From assembly GCA_021498095.1 (NCBI GenBank), contig JAIZWK010000001.1, positions 60,001-92,000 of the forward strand: a DNA stretch of 32,000 bases, in the 5' to 3' direction. Below the pieces are notes generated by a model. That model did not search any database. It worked only from the letters and a program-made list of their open reading frames with translations, and was not told where the DNA came from. The translations under genes and the position numbers were made by a program. The DNA is from Candidatus Harpocratesius repetitus. Its GTDB lineage: Archaea; Asgardarchaeota; Lokiarchaeia; Sigyniarchaeales; Promethearchaeaceae. Below, in pieces: positions 8,511-20,038 of this stretch; positions within the stretch are counted from its first letter, which is position 1; each line of letters starts with the position of its first letter.

Positions 8511-8806
8511 CCATTCGCTGCGGTTCTTTATTTTTATGCCATCTTCTCTTATTCAATTATTCTTTCGTTCATTATTATTTCTCTTGTATTTTATTGGCAA
8601 TGATCAAAATATTATAGATCATTTTCTTTATAAAATTTGAGCTTCGACATAATTCTATGGTTTCCCCCTTTTTATCTTATGATTTCCTTCAATATTAACC
8701 TATTTCTCCCATCAAAGATTTAATTCTTTAAGCGTTCTTGAGGTGACGAATAGAAGATTCACTATTTTTCAATAGACTTAAATTTATGCACTTTCTAAGA
8801 TTATAT

Positions 8807-10439
8807 ATGGACAAACCGCAAAAATCGAATGTACGAACAGAAATCAGAGAAATCTCCGATGCGGATTGCCCCCCAAACATTGCCCCAAATGTAGTGGCTC
8901 TAATTTTATCCGCAAAAGTTATTATATTCCTGAATTACAGGATTTGGAAGATCCGAGTGTAATTAGACGAGTTCGTTATGAATCGGTCATATGGCTATGT
9001 AAAGATTGTAGGACTACATTTACCATCAAAAATGACACGATTCCTTATCGTTCAACTTATATGCCCAGTGTCATCAATTATACAACAACTCGAATTCTTA
9101 AGAAAGGGGATTCAGCACGCCGAGTGACCAATGATTTGCATGAATTACATCATGTTAATGTTTCCTTAGCAAATGTTCTTTCATGGGTTAATGATGCAGG
9201 TCATCGGGAAAATATACCGCTTGAATTTGAAAATAAAATAGATCCTTCTAAATATTCAGGAGTTTTAGGGGTGGACGGTACATTTAAGGCAGTGAAAGCA
9301 AAAAAAAACGATCTGCGAGGGGACGAGAACAAGCAGTTCTTATTGCATCTGACCCATCTACAGGACGGGCGCTTGGTTGCTTATTAGCAAATGGAGAAAA
9401 TGAAAAAGAAGTCACTTCATTCCTCCAAAAATTAAAACCTACTCTTCCTTTTCTTCCTTATTTTGTAATTATTGATTTTGCAGACACATTGATTGCCGGT
9501 GTTAAATCTGTATTTCCAGAAGCACAAATTGGTCATGATTACTTTCATACCTCACAATTATTAAATCGTGGATTATTAAAAGAATTAATACAGCTTCAAA
9601 AGAAGATTTTTAATACTCCAATTCATGAATTTCGTAAAATCAGAAAGAATAGTATTGAAGCCGAAAAAACAGATATACTTCCTATTTATCACCCTAAATT
9701 GCCCATTCATATATGTGCTTGGGATGTATATAAAAAGATTTTTCAAATGGGAAACAATCAGACCTGTAGTGCATTTTTATTTGAATGGAATAAATTGAAA
9801 TCAGATAAAAATATACTAAAATGGTCAAGAACCAAAACTTGGATCGAATCATTTGAAAACTCATTACCTCGTTGCGGTTTAACCGCTAAAAATTATCAAA
9901 AATTCTGGAAAAAATTGTGTCAAGGATGGAGACGAATGATTCGAGAAGACAGAATCACATTTGAAGATCAAAAAAAAGAATTTACAAAAGCCAAATATGT
10001 TATTTTAAAGAATCCCAATAATATGAATAAATTCGATAGAAAAGAGTTGCGAAAATACTTAAAAATATTTCCAAATCTTAGAGAAATTCGTGAAGCTGTG
10101 AGAAAATTTCATTATCAATTTAAAGCACAATCCCAATATCGGCCAAACCTAAATTTTTTGCAAGAACTGGTTAAGAAAGACTCACACCAGAAATTAAAGG
10201 CAGCAATTCATACATTGATAAACCAGCAAGAATATATCTTTGCCTGTCGCTCTATTCTGGCTCAACATCCAAGCCTAAAAAAAGGAAAGAGTATCCGCTC
10301 GAATAGAGAAGAACTCAATCATTTGGTCAATAATGTCGTACGAACACAATTTGGATTTCGTTCTATCCCAAGTGCTCGTGTTAGAATAGAAGGTATCCTT
10401 AACTGTCCAGTTCTTATTTCAAAAAAATTGTTGAGCTAA
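8807..10439 (+). mobile_element. ISL3-family-like DDE transposase split by frameshift(s)
   Basis: N-terminal CPKC/CKDC zinc ribbon, HTH-like segment, VDGTF (first Asp), IIDF...VFPEAQIGHDYFH, and C-terminal RTQFGFRS...RVRI typical of ISL3. The ORF2 frame is open from 9288, so the shift is likely at A9 (9300-9308). ATG 8807 joins if C6 (8869-8874) is C7. Element ends not identified. Confidence 0.82.
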
Positions 10440-10561
10440 AAAATCAGAAATCTATAAATCAATATTCATTGCCTTCTTTTTTTGAATAAAATAATAATAG
10501 ATTTTCACGTAGAATACTCAATTTTAAGTCAAAAAAACAAAAAAATTAGAAATATGATATT

Positions 10562-11971
10562 CTATTTCAACATTTTTTTTAATATTTCATTTAAATCTTT
10601 GATGTCATAACATCTTACTTTTCTAATTTCCTTTTTTAGATTAGTGAATTTGGTTATTTTTCTTGTAAATGACTTAGCAAAAATGAAATATGAATACTTT
10701 TTATTAATTATCTTTTTTTGATATTTAATGTGAGGTTCTACCTCGATTAACGATTTCATGATTGATTTTGGATTAATATTTTCACTCCACTTACACTCAC
10801 CAATTATTGCATCATCATCTTCATTAAATGCTAAGATATCAATCTCTCTTTCTACTCCATTTATTTTTCCCCACCATCTCCCTACATGATACGACTTAAA
10901 TAATTCAATCACTATTTGTCGAATTGCTTTCTCAAAGATAAAACCTAAATATTGATTATAACTCTGCTTAATAACTTCTATTGATAGGGTTTTGTTACAA
11001 AATTCATTATAATGAGCATAAATAAATCGGAACCAAAAAATCATGAAATTATCTTTCAAATAATACCTACCATTTTTTAGAACTGCACGATGGGTGGTTC
11101 TTGAAGATCTAACAACATCATTAATAGGATATTCTTGATAAACTAAATCCGCATATAATAGTTTTCTCATATATCCTGATAGATCAGAAACTTTCATTTG
11201 AATAAAATTAGCAATTTCACTATATGTTGATTTTCCAACAGCAATTGCATCTAATATATCAAAATATTTTGCGGGTTCTCTAAACTCCATGCTTAAAATA
11301 ACATTTATTTCATCACCCAATAAATATTGATAATATAATTCATTATCTAACCATTTCCAGAAGGGGCTTTCAACAGATTCTAAATATCGTGGAATACCAT
11401 CTGTTATACTATAAATTTCAAGTAATTCACTAAATGAACAATCAGGGTAGAAGTATTGAAGTTCCCAAAATTTCATTGGTTCTAGTTTGATTGTTGCTGT
11501 TTTTCTACCAAATAATGGACTCACTTGACCCATTAAGTTCTTCATCATTGAAATTGAAGAACCTAAAAGAATTATATTCATTTTTGTCTGTTTGTATTCA
11601 TGATCAATAAAATATTGAAGAAGAGAACTTAATAAGTCATCCTTCTTTATCATATAAGGAAATTCATCTAATATAAGAACATCTACTGCCCCCTTTAATG
11701 CTTTTAATATTAGTTTATAATCTTCTTTTAAATCTGCGATTATAGGAACTACTTTTGCACAATTATTCTGAAACATTTTTAAATTTGCAGTAAATGAAGA
11801 GTTTACACCCATACTGTATATAAATTTAAAATTCTTGCAAAGTTCTTTAACATAGCGAGTTTTACCAATTCTTCTCCTGCCATATATTATGATTAAATCG
11901 AATTTATCATTTGTTAGAAGATTTTTTCCTTTTTCTATTTCATATTTCCTATTAAAGAAAGGGGAATCCAT
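10562..11971 (-). CDS. Archaeal ATPase (COG1672 type) with DUF234 / PD-(D/E)XK-like C-terminal region
   Basis: Walker A YGRRRIGKT, Walker B LILDEFPY, GSSISMM, FWFRFI, GRWW...EIDILA...IIGECKWS. Confidence 0.9.
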   Translation of the reverse strand: MDSPFFNRKYEIEKGKNLLTNDKFDLIIIYGRRRIGKTRYVKELCKNFKFIYSMGVNSSFTANLKMFQNNCAKVVPIIADLKEDYKLILKALKGAVDVLILDEFPYMIKKDDLLSSLLQYFIDHEYKQTKMNIILLGSSISMMKNLMGQVSPLFGRKTATIKLEPMKFWELQYFYPDCSFSELLEIYSITDGIPRYLESVESPFWKWLDNELYYQYLLGDEINVILSMEFREPAKYFDILDAIAVGKSTYSEIANFIQMKVSDLSGYMRKLLYADLVYQEYPINDVVRSSRTTHRAVLKNGRYYLKDNFMIFWFRFIYAHYNEFCNKTLSIEVIKQSYNQYLGFIFEKAIRQIVIELFKSYHVGRWWGKINGVEREIDILAFNEDDDAIIGECKWSENINPKSIMKSLIEVEPHIKYQKKIINKKYSYFIFAKSFTRKITKFTNLKKEIRKVRCYDIKDLNEILKKMLK

Positions 11972-12062
11972 ATTATTATAATGGCCGTTCCCCTAATAAA
12001 TTTATTCGACTTTGTCTTTGAATTCTGAGCAAAATAATTACCAAAAAACAAAATGAAAAAAT

Positions 12063-12376
12063 TGAGGATCTTTTATCTATTCTAATTTAAACGCTTTTTT
12101 GAATATCATTTATATATATCCGACTTAAATCTGAAATATCGCAATTCTTTTTTTGTCGAACTCGATTTTTTCAAAGAATTTGTTAAAAATTTACCATCCT
12201 GCTTATAAATTCTTCAATCTGAAGTCGATTTTATTATAATTCTTGATTTACCTATCTTGAATTTGGCCCCTTGGTTAAATCGACAAAAAATATGGAGGGA
12301 TATTTTGGATTTGAGTCGGAAGAATCAAGTTGAAGGAATGAAAAACTTCGAATCTTTGAAATTTAAAATACCCTCA
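12063..12376. mobile_element. MITE-like non-autonomous element, copy 2 (314 bp)
   Basis: About 90% identical to 1272-1584. Ends TGAGGATCTTTTA ... TAAAATACCCTCA (11/13 inverted match), AT on both flanks. Confidence 0.75.
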
Positions 12377-12631
12377 ATAAAAAAAAATATAAACCCCTTT
12401 CATGATTATATAATTTGCTCTGAAGAAATTGGATTAATATCATGCCATATCATAACATACCGTGAAGATACGATTCAAATTGTTAAAAGAAGTTTTTTTT
12501 GATAATACAAAATAGTTATTCGTAATCATTTTATTCTTTCAATCTTCAGCGGGAATAAATTTATAAAAAACACAAATAAGAACTGAAAAAAATTGCCTTA
12601 GATTCTAAATTTCACAAAGGAGTAATTTTGA

Positions 12632-12853
12632 ATGAATAAGATCGAGAAAAGTAATAAAGAGAAGAAGGTTAACTCATATATTCTTCTAATTCTTTTTTTC
12701 CTTGTATTAACAGTAATACTTTTGGTGCTAAGATTAGTAAAAATAATTGAATACAGCTGGTTTTGGGTGTTTTTTCCATCGATCATTGCTGTTATTCTTT
12801 TTCTTTTACCGATTCTTTGTGCTATGTTATTATTAAAAATTTTTCATGATTGA
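12632..12853 (+). CDS. Small two-TM hypothetical membrane protein
   Basis: 73 aa: charged N-terminus, two hydrophobic helices with SWFWVFFP, GGAG upstream. Confidence 0.5.
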   Translation: MNKIEKSNKEKKVNSYILLILFFLVLTVILLVLRLVKIIEYSWFWVFFPSIIAVILFLLPILCAMLLLKIFHD

Positions 12854-13234
12854 TTGACTGTTAAAAATGAAATTAAAATAATATTTAATTAATTGAAAAA
12901 AGATACAGTAAAAAGGCATTGAAATTAATGAAAAGTGCCCTAATCACTCTTTAGAAAAGACATAGATAAAGGCCTGACCATTCAATTTACATATGGAAAA
13001 GCCGAAATAATTCAAGTAAAAACTTAAAATTTCTGTATGATTTAAAATCCCCCTTGAAAAGCGATTAAATGAGAATTTTTTAGAGAAAATTTGCCATCTT
13101 GTGGGATAATTCATTTTGATTATTCAATATTCCAGGTTTCGTTGAAAAATATGAATAAAATTCGCATTTCGAACTTTATCGTTAACGATAGCATCTATAG
13201 TAAATACAATTTTTGATATATTCCTCTGAACTGC

Positions 13235-13987
13235 TTATATAAATGTTTGGAAAATTAAAATAGCCGAAACTAAAAGTAGCACACCTCCGAATACAGGCTT
13301 AATTTTTCTAGAATTTAATTTAACTGCCATTACTCTGGATCCCAATTGACTTCCAATCAATACACCTAAACTGCATAAAATCCATAAGAGCCAGTCGGGT
13401 TTAGCCGCAATAAAAACATGAGATATAAAACTGGATAATCCTGAACATGAAACAACAAATGCAGAAGTAGCCGCTGCAATTTTTGGAGCCAATCCAGCCA
13501 TATACAGCAAAGGAACTACAAAACTCCCTCCACCACGACCCAATAATCCTGCAAAAAGACCTAAAAAGAAGCCTCCAACAATACCTAAAAGGATTTTTTG
13601 TTTAGTGTTGTAATCTCCACTCTTTGGTTTCCAGCCGCTCAACATTAGTATTGCAGCAATTATAGTAAATATGGCAAATAATAAAATTAGTAGTTTTTCA
13701 GGTAATTTTACATTTAATAAGGCGCCTATAGGTGCAAAGATAACCATCATTACCCCGAAAGGCAGAGCCACTTTCCAATCGATCATTTTTTTCCGAGCAT
13801 AAGTTACTGCTGCCGATGTACTATTTACTAAATTCAACAACATTCCTAATGGAATTGCTTCTGATTTAAAATCCAAACCAAACCAAAAAAGAATAGGAAT
13901 ATAGATTTGCGAACCACCCATTCCCAACATCGAAAATACAAAAGCAATTAATAAAAATACTAGTGGTGTAAAATAGAGCCAATTCAT
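13235..13987 (-). CDS. Sulfite exporter TauE/SafE family (TSUP) membrane protein
   Basis: 250 aa, about 8 TM, duplicated glycine motifs MLGMGGSQIYIP and LLGRGGGSFVVP, AAATSAF. Confidence 0.92.
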   Translation of the reverse strand: MNWLYFTPLVFLLIAFVFSMLGMGGSQIYIPILFWFGLDFKSEAIPLGMLLNLVNSTSAAVTYARKKMIDWKVALPFGVMMVIFAPIGALLNVKLPEKLLILLFAIFTIIAAILMLSGWKPKSGDYNTKQKILLGIVGGFFLGLFAGLLGRGGGSFVVPLLYMAGLAPKIAAATSAFVVSCSGLSSFISHVFIAAKPDWLLWILCSLGVLIGSQLGSRVMAVKLNSRKIKPVFGGVLLLVSAILIFQTFI

Positions 13988-14463
13988 CTAAAAATCATCG
14001 CGAGTAATTTAAAGGGATTTCTTATTATAAATCATAGATTGCATATAAATCAAAGTAAAAAGAAATAAATAAAGAACAAGTTATATCACCGAGATTCGCT
14101 GTTTTCCATAAAGAAAGAGTTAAAGACTTTTTTTTATCAAAATACCGAAAATTTCAGCTTCTTCATTCCTATAAATACGCAATTCCCTAAGCCGGTTGAT
14201 ATAAATTTTGAATAGATTTGATTAATATCTGAAAATGAATGATGAAAATGGTAATTCAGTCAAAAATAAGGAAGTTGCTAAATTTAGTTGATTTGTTAAT
14301 AGGAAATTTGCACTCTGGTAGATATTTACAGAAGTAATTGTGATATTTAATTTTTCTCGGAAATCCCATGGTATTTAAGAGGCAAGATGATTGAAGAAGG
14401 ATTTACTATATTAACACATGATAAAACGAAACTTTTTGAATATCTTCATCTTTTGATAATAAT

Positions 14464-15081
14464 ATGTTCAAACCAATTACTTTGAAACAACAGGTAGCAA
14501 TTGATATCAGAATAAAAGCTGTCAAAGAAATTCAAAAATTAGAACCAGTTTTTTTTAGAAAAACATTTTTAGAAAATGCACTAGATGATGACAAGAAAAC
14601 ATCAGGTATTCTCATTACAGATTTAGATATTCAAATTTTAATAATGGATTATTATCAGAAGAAATATAATTTTTTCTTAAGATTTCAGGGAATTATCGAA
14701 ATCTTAAAAGAGATGCCCATTAAACAATTTATTATAACAAACCAGTACAGTAAAGCTCGACAATATCTAATAAAGAAAATGCAAAATAAGGGATATCTTT
14801 TACCACATTATTCATCTATCTTTGGTTTACACTCTTTACATCTTATCGATGGTGTTTGTTGCGATGTTGTTCCGCCAACCCCTGAAAATATTCGCCCTGA
14901 AATACCTAATAGACATTATAAATTTGTAGCTTTTACTGGAAATATTATTACAGAAGATATTTTCTATATTTTTGATGGAAAATTTGTCGATCCAACAAAA
15001 TTAATAGCAGAATTTTCAATAGAAGAATATCCAATTCTTATAGAAGAATTTTCGAATAAGAGTGAAGATAAGAATTACTAA
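14464..15081 (+). CDS. Hypothetical protein (205 aa; may start at 14387 with a 1-nt frameshift)
   Basis: Long ORF convergent with the TIR-STAND gene (21-bp gap). No motif recognised. Confidence 0.65.
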   Translation: MFKPITLKQQVAIDIRIKAVKEIQKLEPVFFRKTFLENALDDDKKTSGILITDLDIQILIMDYYQKKYNFFLRFQGIIEILKEMPIKQFIITNQYSKARQYLIKKMQNKGYLLPHYSSIFGLHSLHLIDGVCCDVVPPTPENIRPEIPNRHYKFVAFTGNIITEDIFYIFDGKFVDPTKLIAEFSIEEYPILIEEFSNKSEDKNY

Positions 15082-15102
15082 AAAAAAAAACTAATTTACT
15101 CT

Positions 15103-18100
15103 TTAAGTTATATAATTAAGGAGTATTTTTTGTATCTCAATTTGATTGTAATTATTAGAATGATAAAGACTTTCAATTTCTTCAATATCTTTCATTCTAT
15201 TTGAAACATTTAAGACTTTAACAGAATTCTGAAAATTCTTAATATTATCCCCAATAATATTCATATTTTTTTCAATAAGACCAATAATCGCTCTTAATTC
15301 TGACACTTTTAACTCCAAAATAGGATAATTAACCTTCTTTATTAGTTGCAAGGCTTTTGTTATTAAAGAATCTGATTCTGAAAATTGTTTTAATAACGCA
15401 AAAAGCTTTGCTTTAAGTAAAAGTGGTCGAATAAAATAACGGGTCTCCTTAATTGTGGGATTAACTTTTTCTACTTGCTCTAGTTTTTCAATATTTTTTA
15501 AAATGAGATTTGTAAAATCTTTGGTTTCAGAAGAATTAATCTTCACTGATTCAATTAAGGCTTCATCAAACAATATCCAAGAAATCTTCTGAGGATCTTT
15601 AAGTTTATCAGCAATTATTTTTGCTTTTTCAAGGAATATCTTTGCATTATCATAATCACGAAGGAAAATATAAGTTTCACCAATATTGTAATTCATAACC
15701 ATATTCCAATAGACATTACCAATTTTTTCTGAAATATCTAAAGCAGATAGAAAATGTTTTAATCCACTAACATAGTCTCCTCTATGAAAATCAATCCATC
15801 CATAACTATTCTCAATATATGAATGGATGTTATTTATTTCACTAATTTCTTGAGCGAGTTCATTAGTTCTTTTTAATATTTCTTCTGCTTTTTTAAATTT
15901 ACATTGTAAAATAAACGTCATGACATAATTGATATGCAATTCAATAAGTAACGGTTTATGTTTAGAAAGATCTACAGGACTATCTGTTCCTTTTGATTTT
16001 TCTTCCAAAATTTCTATTCCCTTAAGATATTCCTCTCCAGCACCTTCAAGATCATCTTGTGATTTCTTTAAAATTCCATATTTCAAGTAAGTTTTAGCTA
16101 ATCTATATCTATTTTTTGTTGTTTTGAAAATTGTTAATGCAGGATTAAAGAATTTCGCAGATAATTCAGGCATATTTCTTACTTTAAAAAAATGTATTAG
16201 TTCAATAAACAATATTCCGATATAATTTGGATGAATTAGCAATTTTGAATCTGAATCTGAATTTTGAAGCCGTTGAGGAATACTTAAAAGATAGTTCTCT
16301 AAACTAGATTGAATTCGCATAGGAATATTTGATTCAACAGCAAAAATCTGTTCAAAATCATCGACAACATTATAAATATACCCTCTCTTATATTTTTCTG
16401 CTAAAAATTTTTCATTTTTTAGTAGTTTTAGCAATTTACTAAAAGACTCTAATTCACCTGAATTGATAAGATGTTGAGGCAAGTACAATATCAGATAATC
16501 AGATAATCCTTCATATTCATCTGAGGGTGTTTGAATAAAAATATTCCATAAATAATTTGCAAATACTTTATGACCATGGTTTGTATCAATATAATATTCT
16601 AATGCAATTTCTGAATCTGTTAGAAATTCTCCAAGAGTACTGTGAAAGGGAAAAAAATACCCATTTCTTTCTTTAATAAAAGAGTTTAAAGAGATTATTG
16701 TATCCATTTTTTCTTTTGTTTTCCATTTCAAGATTTTGTCAATTAGATAAGAAGAGATCGTTGATTTTGCAGCATAAATTAATTCTAGAAAAGGACGCTG
16801 CAATTTATCGTAGATCATTAAATCTGGAAATCGTTCCTCGAAATATTTATAATATATTGTATCCAAACCAAAGGGAACAGATTCTAATTGTTGAATATCA
16901 AATCCTTCTTTTTGAAGATTATCCATTAAAATTTTTATATATAAAAACATACCTTCACTTTTTGAAATTACTTCTTTTATTACATTTTCATTTGGTTTAA
17001 TTCCTTGTTCAGCCATGTTTTCTATTATATACTGCTCTAAATCGTTAATATTATGAAGAGTATTTTTATAATCATTTAAATCAATAATCTGAGGTTTGAT
17101 TTTTTTCAATTTTAAGATTAAATCCTTCTCAGGACGGCTTGTAACCATAAGTTTTATCCATTTTGGCAGTTTTTTCCATTCAAATGCAATTATATCTGCA
17201 ATTTCATTCTTATTCCCTTTTTTTGCCTCATCTAAACCATCAATTATAACAATTTTAGGCTCATCTGGAATAGGAGTAGTTATAATATTAAGTGGACGAA
17301 TTAAGATGTTATCAAATAACGTTTTTGGATTACTTAAACAGGATTCTTCTAAGTTGATTTCTTGTAAAGCTTCATAATAAGTAGGAATATGTTGAGATAA
17401 TTGATAAGCTATTGATAGAATTGCACGCCGTGCATCACTCTTGTCCTCATGATTTCTTATACAAATGTGGTATGCATATATATTTGGATTGTAATGACAT
17501 AGATAAGAAGAGAATGCAGATTTTCCTAAGCCGGGCCCTCCTTTTATCCATAATATTTGAGAAGTATTAACATTTTTTTGCCATTTTTCGAAAATTTCCA
17601 ATAACCATTTTCTTCCTGTGAATTTAGAAATATGTTGAGAAATTTCAGATTCAAATGCTAATGGTTTAAGTAATTTTTTTAATCGCATTTGACCTCCTTC
17701 AAAATCTAATTTATCTTCTTCTATTGCTTGAATTAATCTTTTAAATCTTTCCTTATACTTGTATTTAAATTCAGCAATAGGTACACTATCTCGTAAATCT
17801 AAATATTGAATACGACAAATAGATGTTGGAGGTCCATCAACAAGGGTTACTAGTAAAATAGGAATGATTATTTTATTTTTTTCTAAAGCTTTTGCAATTT
17901 CATTTAAGCAATATCCATAAGTTGAATTTGGGTTTTCAATTGAAGGTCGACGCATTGAATGTGGCGTCATTAATAAAACAACTTTATCGCATTCTTTCAA
18001 ACCATTTTCAATATATATCTCCCAATCTTTTCCAATCCGTAATTGTTCATCATCAAACCATACTTTGTGACCTCTTCGTTCTAGATCTTCTTTAATTATT

Positions 18101-18303
18101 CTTGCATCATCACTATATTCATCTCGACCATAACTAAGAAAGATTTTAAAGATAGGATGCTCCTTTTCTTTATTAAGGCTCATTTCTGGTTGAGATTGCC
18201 ATTCATTTTCACAATCCAAGCAAATATAAGTGGATTTTCTTTTAAAAAAATGAATGTTTACAGAATGACATTGCGGACATTGAATAGAATTATTTTTTTT
18301 CAT
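15103..18303 (-). CDS. NLR-like STAND protein: Zn-ribbon + TIR + NACHT-like NTPase + TPR repeats
   Basis: CPQC..CLDC ribbon. TIR motifs IFLSYGR, VWFDD, YCLNE, IIPILL. Walker A GGPGLGKS, Walker B IVIIDGLDE, MVTSRP. C-terminal TPR-like helices (GLKHFLSALDISEKIGN...NIGETY...AKIFLEKAKII). Confidence 0.9.
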   Translation of the reverse strand: MKKNNSIQCPQCHSVNIHFFKRKSTYICLDCENEWQSQPEMSLNKEKEHPIFKIFLSYGRDEYSDDARIIKEDLERRGHKVWFDDEQLRIGKDWEIYIENGLKECDKVVLLMTPHSMRRPSIENPNSTYGYCLNEIAKALEKNKIIIPILLVTLVDGPPTSICRIQYLDLRDSVPIAEFKYKYKERFKRLIQAIEEDKLDFEGGQMRLKKLLKPLAFESEISQHISKFTGRKWLLEIFEKWQKNVNTSQILWIKGGPGLGKSAFSSYLCHYNPNIYAYHICIRNHEDKSDARRAILSIAYQLSQHIPTYYEALQEINLEESCLSNPKTLFDNILIRPLNIITTPIPDEPKIVIIDGLDEAKKGNKNEIADIIAFEWKKLPKWIKLMVTSRPEKDLILKLKKIKPQIIDLNDYKNTLHNINDLEQYIIENMAEQGIKPNENVIKEVISKSEGMFLYIKILMDNLQKEGFDIQQLESVPFGLDTIYYKYFEERFPDLMIYDKLQRPFLELIYAAKSTISSYLIDKILKWKTKEKMDTIISLNSFIKERNGYFFPFHSTLGEFLTDSEIALEYYIDTNHGHKVFANYLWNIFIQTPSDEYEGLSDYLILYLPQHLINSGELESFSKLLKLLKNEKFLAEKYKRGYIYNVVDDFEQIFAVESNIPMRIQSSLENYLLSIPQRLQNSDSDSKLLIHPNYIGILFIELIHFFKVRNMPELSAKFFNPALTIFKTTKNRYRLAKTYLKYGILKKSQDDLEGAGEEYLKGIEILEEKSKGTDSPVDLSKHKPLLIELHINYVMTFILQCKFKKAEEILKRTNELAQEISEINNIHSYIENSYGWIDFHRGDYVSGLKHFLSALDISEKIGNVYWNMVMNYNIGETYIFLRDYDNAKIFLEKAKIIADKLKDPQKISWILFDEALIESVKINSSETKDFTNLILKNIEKLEQVEKVNPTIKETRYFIRPLLLKAKLFALLKQFSESDSLITKALQLIKKVNYPILELKVSELRAIIGLIEKNMNIIGDNIKNFQNSVKVLNVSNRMKDIEEIESLYHSNNYNQIEIQKILLNYIT

Positions 18304-18559
18304 TGATCTCCTTATTAAAAATTTGATTTATAATTAAAAAGCTTTTTTTCCTAAATATTAAATAAATGAATTTAATGATGAAATGACAATTAACTGAAAT
18401 ATCAATTAAAAAAAAACACTAACAAAAATAAATAGACGGGTAAATGTATCATTCTAAAAGGTTCTTTTGTTTATTACCTTAATCTGACTATTTATTTGAC
18501 AATTACATTTTATTTAGAGTAAATCCAAGAAAATTCTCTCGTTAAAAACTTTTCACATC

Positions 18560-19537
18560 TTAATCAACCTTTAGATCTTGTTCATTGTTATAAATCCAAC
18601 TTTTAATTATAAAGAATAGAGCACATATACCAAATGAAAATGCTTGAATTATATAATATATTCTTCCTGAAAGTGAATTCCACGGTTTAGGAGGCACAAT
18701 TGAGAAGAGAAGCATTTTTATGATCGTAAAGAAAACTTTCGGATAAATATCAAGATGTGATCTTGTATAATGTGGAAAATACTTCCCATGCCAGCATTTT
18801 CGTTTAATTATTCGATATAAATTAAAATTATAAAGATGATAAATAATAGGTTCTGGAAGAAAAGCAATTTTTTCCCCAGATTCTAAAATTCGAGCTGCAA
18901 TGTCCCTATCTTCACCTGTTTGAAGAAATTTATTAAATCCATTAATTTTCTCTAACAAATCAGATTTTAGCAACATTGCAAAACCTTGAAGAATATTTAG
19001 TTGGTTTATATCATTTTTCATTGTTGAGTGTCGAATTTTATCTTTAAAAAAAGAAGCATACCAAGGATAAATAGATCGATATTTTAACTTTGCATAATAA
19101 ATATTTTTGTCAAGCATAAATTCAAATGTTCCCCATTTAGATTCATGAATCGGTAAAAAATCCAATCCTGCAGCACGAATACTCTGTTTTTCAAGTATTT
19201 CTATTTTAGAAATCAGTTTTCTTTTAAAATTTGATTTGATTATTATATCACAATCCGTAAATAATATCCAACTTAACCCATAATCAGATATTTTCAAACG
19301 TAAAAATTCTCTCGCTTCTCCACAACCAAGTTTTCTCTGAAAATGAAATAAATGGAAATTGGGTCTATTTACTTGAGATAAAACTAACGGCAAAGGCCCT
19401 CCACTATAAATAAAAAATATCGGGTCATTAAGAGAAAATTCTTTAAATAAAGAATTTAGATGATTATTAAGAAAATAATTGTATTCTGGTGTAGCTAAAG
19501 TACAAATTACTAGTTTTGATTTATTTTTTTTTTCCAT
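18560..19537 (-). CDS. Glycosyltransferase family 2-like protein
   Basis: GCGEARE, DxD motif (LFTDCD), GFAMLL..D.LEKINGF, GEDRDIAARI, C-terminal hydrophobic helices. Confidence 0.8.
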   Translation of the reverse strand: MEKKNKSKLVICTLATPEYNYFLNNHLNSLFKEFSLNDPIFFIYSGGPLPLVLSQVNRPNFHLFHFQRKLGCGEAREFLRLKISDYGLSWILFTDCDIIIKSNFKRKLISKIEILEKQSIRAAGLDFLPIHESKWGTFEFMLDKNIYYAKLKYRSIYPWYASFFKDKIRHSTMKNDINQLNILQGFAMLLKSDLLEKINGFNKFLQTGEDRDIAARILESGEKIAFLPEPIIYHLYNFNLYRIIKRKCWHGKYFPHYTRSHLDIYPKVFFTIIKMLLFSIVPPKPWNSLSGRIYYIIQAFSFGICALFFIIKSWIYNNEQDLKVD

Positions 19538-20038
19538 TAAAATAATAGTAGAAGGAATTTATTTTAAATATTTGAAGATTTCTTTCCAATCGATATACCA
19601 GTAAAAAATATCTTATAGTACTCTTATAGCACTTCTATTTAATCCTGTAAAGAATAATTAATTTTAATTTGCTTCTTAATTTGCTTATTTATCTATTTCC
19701 TTATAATCCTTACGACATTTTCAAGTTTCTTGTAACTTCTTAAAAATCGAATAAAAATCTATTTATTTTTTTGTAATACTATCATTCACAATTATCTTTC
19801 TTTAGTCTTTCTAATGCTTTTGACTTTTTAGCAGAAATATCTGAATTATTATAAAGACCAAATCTCATTTGACAAAAATTAAAATGTAAATTGAAATATA
19901 AATAACTTTTCTCTAGCTTTTAATGTGATTGAAAAAATATAAAAAGGTCTTTCGCAGAAAATATTTGTTATTTTTTTTACAATATAGATTCTATCATTAA
20001 GACATTTACCACCTGGAGAAGCCCCACGTATCCAAATA

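Noticed and set aside
8735-10520. Terminal inverted repeats of the ISL3 element (8735-8760 vs 10500-10520)
   Set aside because: Only a weak gapped match and no clear target duplication.
12257-12502. 81-aa ORF
   Set aside because: Starts inside the MITE, and the equivalent frame is not kept in copy 1.
16698-18095. Plus-strand ORFs at 16698, 17096 and 17892
   Set aside because: Antisense to the TIR-STAND gene with no motifs.
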